Below are positions 17,393 through 27,840 of a DNA stretch of 32,000 bases, piece after piece. The DNA lies in contig NC_003902.1 of the NCBI RefSeq assembly GCF_000007145.1, forward strand, positions 607,436-639,435. Reading direction: 5' to 3'. The notes below the pieces were generated by a model that worked only from the letters and a program-made list of their open reading frames with translations, did not search any database and had not been told where the DNA came from. Each line of letters starts with the position of its first letter. Position 1 is the stretch's first letter. Source of the DNA: Xanthomonas campestris pv. campestris str. ATCC 33913 (lineage in GTDB: Bacteria > Pseudomonadota > Gammaproteobacteria > Xanthomonadales > Xanthomonadaceae). The position numbers and the translations under genes are program-made.

Positions 17393-19699
17393 TCAGCGCG
17401 CTGCGCGCAGCAGCGCATCTTCGGTGATGGCGCCGGTGAGCACGGTGGGCAGTACCGCCGGCGGTGCGCCCGGGCCGTAGACCACGTACAGCGGCACGCC
17501 GACTGCCTGGTGCTGGTCGAGGAAGGCGCTGATCTTCGGGTCGACGTTGGTCCAGTCGCCCTTCATGTAGACCGCATCCACGCGGCGCAACGCGTCGCGG
17601 AAGTCGGTGCTGCTCAGCACGTTCTTTTCGTTGGCCTTGCAGGTCACGCACCAGTCGGCGGTCATGTTGACGAACACCACGCGGTTGTCTGCGCGCAGGC
17701 GGTCCAGCAACTCGGGGGTGTAGGTGACGCTGCCTTCGGTGGCGGTGGCACGCGGCAGGCTGAGGCGGGTGACCGCCACCACCGGCACGATCGCCAGCAC
17801 CAGCATCGCCGCGGCCAGGCCCATGCCCAGGCGATGGCTGTTCCAGCGGCTGCGTTCGAACCACCACAGGCCCAGCGCCAGCAAGGTGGCGCCGACCAGC
17901 ATCAGCGCCAGCGCATCCACGCCACGCTGCTTGCCCAGCACCCACAGCAGCCAGATCGCGGTGAGGTACATCGGGAAGGCCAGCACCTGCTTGAGCGTCT
18001 CCATCCAGGCGCCGGGCGTGGGCAGCCGCCGGGCCAGCGAGGGGATGAAGCCGATCAGCAGGAACGGCAGCGCCAGGCCCAGGCCCAGGGTCAGGAACAC
18101 CAGCATCGCCAGCGGCGCAGGCGCGGTGAACGCATACGCCAGCGCGGTGCCCATGAACGGTGCAATGCACGGGCTGGCGACCACGCAGGCCAGCACGCCG
18201 GTAAAGAAGTCGCCCAGCGGCCCGTTGCGCGCAGCCAGCGATTGGCCGATGCCGCCCAGGTTGCTGCCCAGCGTGAACACGCCCGACAGGCTCAGGCCCA
18301 CCGCGAACATCAGGTAGGCCAACGCGGCCACGAACCACGGCTGCTGCAGCTGGAAGCCCCAGCCGGCAGCCTGGCCGGCAGCGCGCAGGCCGATCACCAG
18401 CCCGCCGATCGCAGCGAAGGACACCAGCACGCCCAGCGAATACCAGATGGCGTGGCTGCGCGCGTGGTTGCGGCTCTCGCCGCTGTGGGCCAGGCCCAGC
18501 ACCTTCAGCGACAGGATCGGCAGCACGCAGGGCATCAGGTTCAACACCAGCCCGCCGGCCAGCGCCAGCAGCAGGATGGCGAGCAGGTTGCGCTCCAGGT
18601 GCGGTGGGCGGCTGCGCTCCGGGTTGCCGGCCGTTGCGTCGGGGCCGGGTGCGGCATCCGCAGGCGGCCCTGGGGCGGCGCGCTCGGCGGCCACTTCACC
18701 GGCCGACAGCGGCGAGATCAGCAGCGGGGTGGCAGTGGCCTGGTTGTGCGGCGACACCGTGCCGGCCGGCAGGTCCAGGCGCACGCGCCGGGTCATCGGC
18801 GGGTAGCAGATGCCATCGGACTGACAGCCCTGGAAGGTGGCCACCAGCGTCACGCGGGCCGGATCGGGGCGGTCGCGCAGCAGCGGCAGGGTGACTTCGG
18901 CCTGGTCGAAATACACCACCACATCGCCGAAGTGCTCGTCGCGGTGGGTGCGGCCCTGCGGCCACCGCGGCAGGCCGGTGCGGATGTCGCTGGTGCCTTC
19001 CAGCGACAGCGAGGTGCGGTCGCGGTAGAGGTAGTAGCCGGGGGCCGGGGTGAAACGCAGCAGCAGGCTGTTGCCGTCGCCGACGATCGCCTCGAAGTTG
19101 AAGGCCTGGTCGGCCGGCAGCGGCAGGGCGTCCACGCCGGCAGTCTGGCCGGGCGCGCCGAACAGCCGTGCGCCACTGGGGCCGCGCGGCACCAGGGCGC
19201 CCAGGCTTTCGCGCGGCGGAGCGGTGGTTGGCGCGTCGGGCAGGTCCACGCGCAGTTCGCGGCGTTGCGGCGGGTAGCACACGCCGGCATCGGCGCAGCC
19301 CTGGTATTGCACCTGCAGGATCGCGCTGCGCTGGCCGGGCGCGGCCTTGCCGGCCAGGCTGGCCTGCAGCGCGGTGCGGTAGGTCTGCACCTGGCCGAAG
19401 AATTCGTCGTGCTTGCTCTCGCCTTCAGGCAGATCCAGCGCACCGGCAGTGAAGCCCTGGCCGGATTTGACGCTGATGCGATGCCGGTACAGGTAGTAAC
19501 CCGGGGCGATCTTCCAGGTCAGCGCGATGCGGTCACGTCCATCGGCCTTGGCGCTCAGTGCGAAGGCCTGGTCCACCGGCAGCAGGTCTGCCTCGGTAAC
19601 CGCCTGCGCCGCTGGCGCGGTCAGCAGCAGCGGCAAGGCGACGAACAGGGGCGCGACCAGTACGGCGCAGCGGGCGATCCAGCGGGACAGGGACTTCAT
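17393..19699 (-). CDS. dsbD: Thiol:disulfide interchange protein DsbD with two tandem N-terminal alpha domains
   Basis: Signal peptide, then two copies of the 'P.DQAF...GYYLYR...DE(F/H)FG...QGC...G.CYPP' module. These are followed by a multi-TM core ('LMPCVLPILSLK', 'ASPCIAPFMG') and a C-terminal thioredoxin domain with 'WCVTCK'. Confidence 0.93.
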   Translation of the reverse strand: MKSLSRWIARCAVLVAPLFVALPLLLTAPAAQAVTEADLLPVDQAFALSAKADGRDRIALTWKIAPGYYLYRHRISVKSGQGFTAGALDLPEGESKHDEFFGQVQTYRTALQASLAGKAAPGQRSAILQVQYQGCADAGVCYPPQRRELRVDLPDAPTTAPPRESLGALVPRGPSGARLFGAPGQTAGVDALPLPADQAFNFEAIVGDGNSLLLRFTPAPGYYLYRDRTSLSLEGTSDIRTGLPRWPQGRTHRDEHFGDVVVYFDQAEVTLPLLRDRPDPARVTLVATFQGCQSDGICYPPMTRRVRLDLPAGTVSPHNQATATPLLISPLSAGEVAAERAAPGPPADAAPGPDATAGNPERSRPPHLERNLLAILLLALAGGLVLNLMPCVLPILSLKVLGLAHSGESRNHARSHAIWYSLGVLVSFAAIGGLVIGLRAAGQAAGWGFQLQQPWFVAALAYLMFAVGLSLSGVFTLGSNLGGIGQSLAARNGPLGDFFTGVLACVVASPCIAPFMGTALAYAFTAPAPLAMLVFLTLGLGLALPFLLIGFIPSLARRLPTPGAWMETLKQVLAFPMYLTAIWLLWVLGKQRGVDALALMLVGATLLALGLWWFERSRWNSHRLGMGLAAAMLVLAIVPVVAVTRLSLPRATATEGSVTYTPELLDRLRADNRVVFVNMTADWCVTCKANEKNVLSSTDFRDALRRVDAVYMKGDWTNVDPKISAFLDQHQAVGVPLYVVYGPGAPPAVLPTVLTGAITEDALLRAAR

Positions 19700-19704
19700 G
19701 AACG

Positions 19705-20037
19705 TCAGGATTCCTTGCGGGTTTCGGCACGCACCCAGTCCAGGTAGGCCGGCAGGCCGGCGCTGGCCTGCACGGCAATGGCTTCGGGCACGTCGTAGGG
19801 ATGCAGCGCCTGCAGCCGCGCGATGGCGTCAGGCAGGCGGTCTTCCCAGGTCTTGATCAGCAACTGCACTTCGTTGGATTGCTCGATGGCCCCGTTCCAG
19901 TGGTACAGCGAACGTGCGCCGGGCAGTTGGGTGACGCAGGCGGCCAGCCGTTCCTCCAGCAGTGCCCGCGCGATGCGATCGGCGCTTTGGGCATCCGGGC
20001 AGGTGCTGAACAACAAATGGAGAGAGAAGGCGCTCAT
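19705..20037 (-). CDS. cutA: Divalent-cation tolerance protein CutA
   Basis: 110 aa, with 'RLAACV..L.....SLYHWNG.IE...EV.LLIKT' and 'LHPYDVPE'. It sits immediately upstream of dsbD, as in the E. coli cutA-dsbD arrangement. Confidence 0.9.
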   Translation of the reverse strand: MSAFSLHLLFSTCPDAQSADRIARALLEERLAACVTQLPGARSLYHWNGAIEQSNEVQLLIKTWEDRLPDAIARLQALHPYDVPEAIAVQASAGLPAYLDWVRAETRKES

Positions 20038-20637
20038 CAGACAGGGCAGTGTAATCCCCCAATTGCGGGGGATCGACCGCGCCTTCCGGCACGGCGCCGC
20101 CGCTTCGTGGACGATCGGGGGCTTGATTCAGCATGGGACGCCCGGGCGTTGGCAGGTTGGTAGTGGAGCGGGGCGATGTGGGGCCGGGGGCACGCGACCT
20201 GGGGTCCTGGCTGGGCAACCGGGATCGATGCTTCATCGGACGCCAGGGCATTGTCGGCCCGATGGTCAGCGCGGCGATGCCGGCTAGGGGCGCAACTCAG
20301 GCGGCGCATACATTCGGTCATCTGCCGAAGCAGGGCATTGCGCTGCTGGCGAGACCTGGCCCTTGTGGTCAGACCGTCGAGGGAGATTGCGTGTGGATGG
20401 GCGCGTGTTTTGGTGTGCCGAAGACCAGGCCGCCGCCGCTGTGCTCAACAACGATGACAAGGCGGGCTGCATCGCCCAGCAAAAACACCACTGCACTTCG
20501 AACTGGCTACTTGACCCCAACCGGCGCCACGCCAGGCACGCCGCCGCCGATGTTCCAGTGAGGCGCGCCCGGCGGAACCCTGGCCGCCGGGCGCACACCG
20601 CACCGGCCTGACGCAGTGCGCGCCGGGCCGGGGTGGA

Positions 20638-22428
20638 TCAGTTGGCCAGCTGGCAGCTGGCCGGCTTGGCCGAGGAGAACAGGCTGGAGGTGGCCCATTC
20701 CGGGTGATCCACAAACGGGTTGCGGTTGCCCTGGAAGCTGAAAACCACCTGGTTGCGAGCGCGTTCGGCGTCGTCCGGCGGGTCGGCCTGGTGCCAGGCC
20801 AGCAGCGTGGACAGCAGGCCCATGTAGGCCGGCGAGGCCGAGGTCTGCACGATCCGGCTGCGATCGTCGGTGAGCTCCAGGTCCGGCTCGGACTGCCCGG
20901 TGGCCGCGTCAGTGCCGCCTTCATAGCGGATCGCCATGTACATCACCGCGCGCGCCATGTCGGCCTTGCGCCGGCCCCACACCTCGAAGGTGCCGCCGTT
21001 GCCGTCGGGGGTGCGCACCCAGTTGGAATTGCCCGGGTAACGCCCGCTGCCACCGCCGCTGCCGTCGTTGACCTCGGTCACCCGCTCGCCGCAGCTGCTG
21101 GTGCAGGCGGCATAGGGCTTGTTGCCGCGGTCGGCATTGAAGGTGGTGTCGGTCAGATACAACATGTGGGTATCGGTGTAGGGCGCGTAAGGCAGGCCGC
21201 GGTCGCCGGTGGCGCTGCCGAAACCCAGCGAGTTGGGCCAGGTGTGCTCGCGGTTGTAGGTGAGCCCGCTGCCGGTGCCGGCCCGGTCGCTGACCTTGGC
21301 GTAGCTGCGGTTGCGGTAGGCGTCCAGGATCCGCCCGCTGTTGTTGGGGTCCTCGTCGGCCATCTCCAGGATGGTCCAGGTGCTGGTGCCGGTGCCGCTG
21401 TAGGGGTAGACCGTGTGGCCGCGGATGGTGGCGTTGAGCGAGCAGCGCAGCTGGCTGGGGCTGGTGGTGTTCACCCGCGAGTAGTAGCCGGTGCCGCCGC
21501 CGCTGGCCGTGGCCACGGTGAAGGCGATCGACTGATTGCCGGCCGGGCTCAGCCCGCTGGCGTCGCGGATGGCGCTGGCGGTGATGGCCAGGGTGCAGCG
21601 TTCGCCGCCGACCAGGGCGGTATTGGTGGACAGGGTGAAGCGGGTGCCAGTCGTCGGGTAGCTCAGCGCCACCGTGCCGGAGCTGGCGCAGCTCAGCGCG
21701 AACGCGCCGCTGCTCAACGTGACCGCCTCGCTGAAGCCCACGGCCAGGTCGCCCGCCGCCGGGAAACCGGTGGCGCCCTGGGTGGGCGTGGTGCTGGTGA
21801 TGGTGGGTGCGCCGGTGGTGCCGCCACCGCCACTGCCGTTGAAGGTCTGGCCGCGGTTGCAGGCGCCGAAAGTCTGCGCCGACGAACCGGCCCAGCTGAA
21901 GTTGGCCGCGCTGCTGCCGGTGCCGGTCAATTGCAGCGAGCTGCCCACCGCGCTGCTGTTGCTCTCGCTCACCGGCAGGTTCTGGCTGGTGACGCCGGCG
22001 GCGGGGCCACCGCTGCCGGTGATGGCGCCTTCGTAGCTGAGGAACTGCACCAGTTGCCCGCTCGGGTCCACCAGTGCCAGGCCGTCGTTGGGGCCGTTCT
22101 GCACGCCGTTGCTGGCGTAGCTGACCGTGGCAATGCGCACCTGGCTGCCGCAACTGACCACGCTGCCGGGCGGTACCGCCGTGTTGGCGTAGCTCACCGC
22201 CGCGCTGGGCGCGCTGCCGTTGTAGAGATAGATGCGGTAGCCGCTCAGCGACTCGCCGGCGGTGGCCACCACTTCCACGCCTTCGCCGCTGTCGCCGGAG
22301 GCGCCCGCGTCGTCATAGTGCAGTTCGTTGATGAACACCGCCGCGTGCGCGGAGGGAACGGCCAGCGCCACGGCGCAGGCCAGGGGGAGCGCACAGCGCA
22401 GGGACACAACTCGGGACGGCAACCTCAT
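20638..22428 (-). CDS. Secreted nuclease: lamin-tail-like domain + Ig-like region + endonuclease I domain
   Basis: AAGGAG SD 6 nt before ATG 22428. Signal peptide 'MRLPSRVVSLRCALPLACAVALAVPSAHA'. 'VFINELHYDDAG..GEGVEV...LSGYRIYLYNGS' is the LTD of ExeM/NucH-type nucleases. C-terminal 'NREHTWPNS', 'DTHMLYLTD..FNADRGNKPY' and 'GNRNPFVDHPEW' are endonuclease I motifs. Confidence 0.85.
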   Translation of the reverse strand: MRLPSRVVSLRCALPLACAVALAVPSAHAAVFINELHYDDAGASGDSGEGVEVVATAGESLSGYRIYLYNGSAPSAAVSYANTAVPPGSVVSCGSQVRIATVSYASNGVQNGPNDGLALVDPSGQLVQFLSYEGAITGSGGPAAGVTSQNLPVSESNSSAVGSSLQLTGTGSSAANFSWAGSSAQTFGACNRGQTFNGSGGGGTTGAPTITSTTPTQGATGFPAAGDLAVGFSEAVTLSSGAFALSCASSGTVALSYPTTGTRFTLSTNTALVGGERCTLAITASAIRDASGLSPAGNQSIAFTVATASGGGTGYYSRVNTTSPSQLRCSLNATIRGHTVYPYSGTGTSTWTILEMADEDPNNSGRILDAYRNRSYAKVSDRAGTGSGLTYNREHTWPNSLGFGSATGDRGLPYAPYTDTHMLYLTDTTFNADRGNKPYAACTSSCGERVTEVNDGSGGGSGRYPGNSNWVRTPDGNGGTFEVWGRRKADMARAVMYMAIRYEGGTDAATGQSEPDLELTDDRSRIVQTSASPAYMGLLSTLLAWHQADPPDDAERARNQVVFSFQGNRNPFVDHPEWATSSLFSSAKPASCQLAN

Positions 22429-22553
22429 CGACAGCTCCTTGTGATCGGGGAATGCGGTCCCGACTGTAGAACCAACGCATGACAATCGTTGGTACCTGGT
22501 TCCATTTCGTCACCGCGCATGGGTGCGTCAGCGAAAAAATTTTGCGCCTGGCC

Positions 22554-22582
22554 CTTGAAAGCCGCGCGCCCAGCACAATCTC
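22554..22582 (+). promoter_or_regulatory. Putative sigma32-type heat-shock promoter for groESL
   Basis: CTTGAAA (22554-22560) is a perfect -35 match. After a 14-nt spacer, CACAATCT matches CCCCATNT at 5 of 8 positions. Confidence 0.35.
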
Positions 22583-22623
22583 TGGCCCGCACCCGCTTTG
22601 TCGGGTTTTTTCCGCGCGCTGTG

Positions 22624-22650
22624 CTGGCAGTCGTCACATACGAGTGCTAA
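22624..22650 (+). promoter_or_regulatory. CIRCE-like HrcA operator (degenerate left half)
   Basis: cTgGCAgTC-N9-GAGTGCTAA compared with consensus TTAGCACTC-N9-GAGTGCTAA. The right half is perfect, the left half matches 6 of 9, and the spacing is exact. It lies 50 nt upstream of groES. Confidence 0.45.
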
Positions 22651-22700
22651 AATCGCCGATAATTTCCAGACCAATCAATCACTTAAGAGGGTCTTTCTCT

Positions 22701-22988
22701 ATGAGCATCAAGCCGCTTCACGACCGCGTTGTAGTCAAGCCGATCGAAGCCGACGAAGTTTCCGCCGGCGGCATCGTGATCCCGGACTCCGCCAAGGAAA
22801 AGTCCACCAAGGGTGAAGTCGTCGCCATCGGCGCCGGCAAGCCCCTGGACAACGGCAGCCTGCGCGCGCCGGTGGTCAAGGTTGGCGACAAGGTCATCTA
22901 CGGCCAGTACGCCGGCAGCAGCTACAAGTCCGAAGGCGTCGAGTACAAGGTGCTGCGCGAAGACGACATCCTGGCGGTCATCGGCTGA
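22701..22988 (+). CDS. groES: Co-chaperonin GroES
   Basis: '[41 protein letters not shown]', 95 aa. ATG 22701 lies inside track ORF 22479..22988, with AAGAGG upstream. Confidence 0.97.
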
Positions 22989-23004
22989 TCAGGCGCTATG
23001 CGCT

Positions 23005-24774
<1,770 letters not shown>

Positions 24775-24807
24775 TCCAGCCCCACCGGTTGTTGCCTCAA
24801 AAAAGGA

Positions 24808-24831
24808 CCCCGCCGAAAGGCGGGGTTTTTT
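24808..24831 (+). terminator. groESL rho-independent terminator
   Basis: CCCCGCC-gaaa-GGCGGGG followed by TTTTTT. Confidence 0.9.
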
Positions 24832-24936
24832 GTCACAACACGTTTGCGTAGATGTGCGCGCGCGTGTTGGCGAAGTTTTGCTTCACTCGGCATACTCTGA
24901 CGAGAGTTTCGACGTATTTTCATAAAGGCATTCTCC

Positions 24937-27840
24937 ATGTCCACTCTGCCAGCGCCATCGAGCGGCGGTGTCTATCCCAGTGGTCAGCCTGGGTCGCATC
25001 GGTACTCACATCACCAGGGCAAGTTCTTCGCTCATTGGTTGACGTTGCGTAGTCGTGACGAATCGGCAGTTGCACGTGCCTTGTCTGCTGCGCGCGTCGA
25101 TATGAACCCGCATCAGGTGGATGCCGCTTTATTCGCGCTCAAATCGCCTGTGGAGGCGGGCGTGTTGCTTGCCGACGAGGTTGGACTCGGCAAGACCATC
25201 GAGGCCGGCCTGGTGCTGGCCCAGCATTGGGCACAACGTCGCCGCCGTCTGCTGTTGATCGTCCCTGCAACGCTGCGCAAGCAGTGGACACAGGAGCTCG
25301 AAGAGAAGTTTCAACTACCGTCCGTCATTCTCGAGAGCAAATCGTTCAATGCTTTTCGTCAGCTCGACGTAAGCAATCCTTTTCAGATCGAAGACGCGAT
25401 CATCGTGACGTCCTATGAGTTTGCCGCAAGCAAGCAAAAAGAGCTCGCTGCGGTCAGCTGGGATCTGGTCGTGCTGGATGAGGCACACAAGCTGCGCAAC
25501 TTGTACAAGGGCAAGAGTGCGTCAAAGCGTGCTGTCGCCTTGAACGAAGCGCTGCGTGGCAGGCGAAAGGTCCTGCTGACCGCCACGCCGTTCCAGAATT
25601 CGTTGATGGAGTTGTATGGGCTAGTGTCCTTCATCAGCGACGAGTTCTTTGGTAGTCAGAAGGCGTTTCAGATGCAGTACGCCTCAGGTCGGAGCTCCGA
25701 AGCTCGTCTTAACGACCTGAGGCATCGGCTCAAGCCGATTTGCCACCGTACCTTGCGTCGTCAGGTCCAGGCCGAAGGTGGCATTAATTTCACCAAGCGC
25801 TTTTCCATCACTCAGGACTTCACGCCTTCCGACGAGGAGCTTGAGCTCTACGACAAGGTTTCGGCTTACCTGCAGGATCCTTCCATCCTTGCCATCAAGC
25901 CGACAGCCCGGCATCTGGTGACATTGGTGGTACGCAAGATTCTCGCCTCCTCGACGTTCGCCATCGCCGATACGCTCGAGACGATCATCGGTCGACTCGA
26001 GTCCAACCAGGCGCTCACCGCCAAGCAGATCGAAGATTTCGAGACCGTCGACGAACTCAGTGATGAGCTGGATTCCGATGGAATGGAAAGGCAGGGCGAT
26101 GCGCCGGATAGCGATGCCTTGCAGGCAGAGCTGTTCTGCCGCGCGCAGGAAATCGATCGTCTGCGCGGTTACCGTGACCTGGCCAAGCAGATTCAAAGCA
26201 ATCGCAAGGGCGACGCGCTATTACTGGTCCTCGGGCGAGCGCTTGCGATGGCCGAAAAGCTCGGCGGGCAACGTAAGGCAGTGATCTTTACCGAGTCGCG
26301 GCGCACACAGGAGTACTTGCGTGTCCTGCTCGAAGAACATGGCTATGCCGGACGAACCGTCCTGCTCAATGGAAGCAACGACGACGTCGATTCCAGGCAG
26401 CTGTATGCCGACTGGCTGGAGCGTCACGCCGGCTCTACGCTTGTTTCAGGTTCCAGGACGGCAGACATGAAGGCCGCAGTGGTCGAAGCTTTTCGCGATC
26501 ATCGTGATGTTCTCATCACAACCGAAGCAGGCGGCGAGGGCATCAACCTGCAATTCTGCTCGTTATTGGTCAACTACGATCTGCCATGGAATCCGCAGCG
26601 TGTGGAGCAGCGGATCGGGCGTATCCATCGCTATGGTCAGAAGAGCGATGTGGTCGTGGTGAATTTCGTCAATCGCAAGAATCGTGCGGATCAATTGGTG
26701 TTTGAGCTCCTGGAAAAGAAGTTCAAATTGTTTGACGGTGTATTTGGTGCCAGCGATGAGATATTGGGTGCGATCGAATCCGGTGTGGACATCGAGCAGC
26801 GGATCCTGCGCATCTATCAGAACTGTCGCGACGCCGCGCAGATCGAGTCGGAGTTCGCTACCTTGCAGGCTGAGCTGGACGAGAGCATCGGCCGGCGCGA
26901 GGAAAGTGCGCGGCGCATGCTGCTGGAGCATTTTGACGAGGATGTCGTACGCAACTTGCGCTCACGTCGCGCAGGCATGCTTCATAAGATCAATCAGTAT
27001 GAAAGTCAGTTTCTACACCTGATCGCTGCCGAACGTCCTAAAGCGCGCATCAGCGACAAGCTGGTTAAACTGGAGGAAGGCGATTACGCCGTCAGCTGGC
27101 CGCCGGCCGAAGAAGCCAACGCCGGGCTGTTGAGGCCGGACAAGGGGTTGGGGGAAAGGCTTTGCCGCCAGGCCAAAGAACGTCCGACTCTACCTGGTAC
27201 GCTTCATTTCGATTACGCCGCTGTGGATGCGCAGCGTGCCGATGTGCGCCAGTGGCTGGGAAGCAGAGGGCAGCTGCGTGTAGCGTTGGTCACCATCCAG
27301 ACCGCGGAGGAAGTGCTGGAAGAGCTGGTGTGCAGTGCGCTGTGCAGTGATGGGCGTGTCGTGCCCGACGAGACCGCTGCGCGTCTGATGGAAATTCCTG
27401 CCCGCTTTGTACCACGGCACCGCGTCGCCGAAGATCGTGCGCTTCCCGCTTTTGAAGCGGCAGTTGAGCGCGTGCTGGCAGAGGCAAACAAGCGTAACGA
27501 GAGTTGGTTTTTGCAGGAGTCCGAGCGCCTTGATCGTTGGGGCGAGGATCAAAGACTATTGCTGCAGCAGAGTATCGACGAATTCGACCTGCAGGTGCGC
27601 GATGCCAAACGCACCTTGCGTCAGCTCGAGACCCTGGAGCAGAAAGCCCAGCTCAAACGCGAGATCAAGCGGATCGAGCAGCAGCGTGATGATGCCATGC
27701 TGGATTTTTTTGAAGGTAGAAAGCGCATCGAGCGTAGCCAGGACGTGATGCTGGAGCGGGTCGAAAATGCGTTGCGCACGCAGCACACCGTACAGGTGCT
27801 GTTTGATGTGGAGTGGACCTTGGAGCATCCCGAACCATGA
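24937..27840 (+). CDS. SNF2-family helicase with ~350-residue C-terminal coiled-coil extension
   Basis: Motif I 'ADEVGLGKTIEAG' (GLGKT 25183-25197), motif II 'DEAHKLRN' (DEAH 25477-25488), 'LLTATPFQNSLMELYGL', 'AVIFTESRRT', 'TEAGGEGINLQ', 'NYDLPWNPQRVEQRIGRIHRYGQ'. GC and GC3 are lower than in the flanking core genes. Confidence 0.9.
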   Translation: MSTLPAPSSGGVYPSGQPGSHRYSHHQGKFFAHWLTLRSRDESAVARALSAARVDMNPHQVDAALFALKSPVEAGVLLADEVGLGKTIEAGLVLAQHWAQRRRRLLLIVPATLRKQWTQELEEKFQLPSVILESKSFNAFRQLDVSNPFQIEDAIIVTSYEFAASKQKELAAVSWDLVVLDEAHKLRNLYKGKSASKRAVALNEALRGRRKVLLTATPFQNSLMELYGLVSFISDEFFGSQKAFQMQYASGRSSEARLNDLRHRLKPICHRTLRRQVQAEGGINFTKRFSITQDFTPSDEELELYDKVSAYLQDPSILAIKPTARHLVTLVVRKILASSTFAIADTLETIIGRLESNQALTAKQIEDFETVDELSDELDSDGMERQGDAPDSDALQAELFCRAQEIDRLRGYRDLAKQIQSNRKGDALLLVLGRALAMAEKLGGQRKAVIFTESRRTQEYLRVLLEEHGYAGRTVLLNGSNDDVDSRQLYADWLERHAGSTLVSGSRTADMKAAVVEAFRDHRDVLITTEAGGEGINLQFCSLLVNYDLPWNPQRVEQRIGRIHRYGQKSDVVVVNFVNRKNRADQLVFELLEKKFKLFDGVFGASDEILGAIESGVDIEQRILRIYQNCRDAAQIESEFATLQAELDESIGRREESARRMLLEHFDEDVVRNLRSRRAGMLHKINQYESQFLHLIAAERPKARISDKLVKLEEGDYAVSWPPAEEANAGLLRPDKGLGERLCRQAKERPTLPGTLHFDYAAVDAQRADVRQWLGSRGQLRVALVTIQTAEEVLEELVCSALCSDGRVVPDETAARLMEIPARFVPRHRVAEDRALPAFEAAVERVLAEANKRNESWFLQESERLDRWGEDQRLLLQQSIDEFDLQVRDAKRTLRQLETLEQKAQLKREIKRIEQQRDDAMLDFFEGRKRIERSQDVMLERVENALRTQHTVQVLFDVEWTLEHPEP

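Noticed and set aside
20053-20072. Hairpin ATCCCCC-aattgc-GGGGGAT just upstream of the cutA start
   Set aside because: It is a perfect 7-bp stem, but there is no T-run, no gene to terminate and no recognisable operator pattern. It could be chance in GC-rich DNA.
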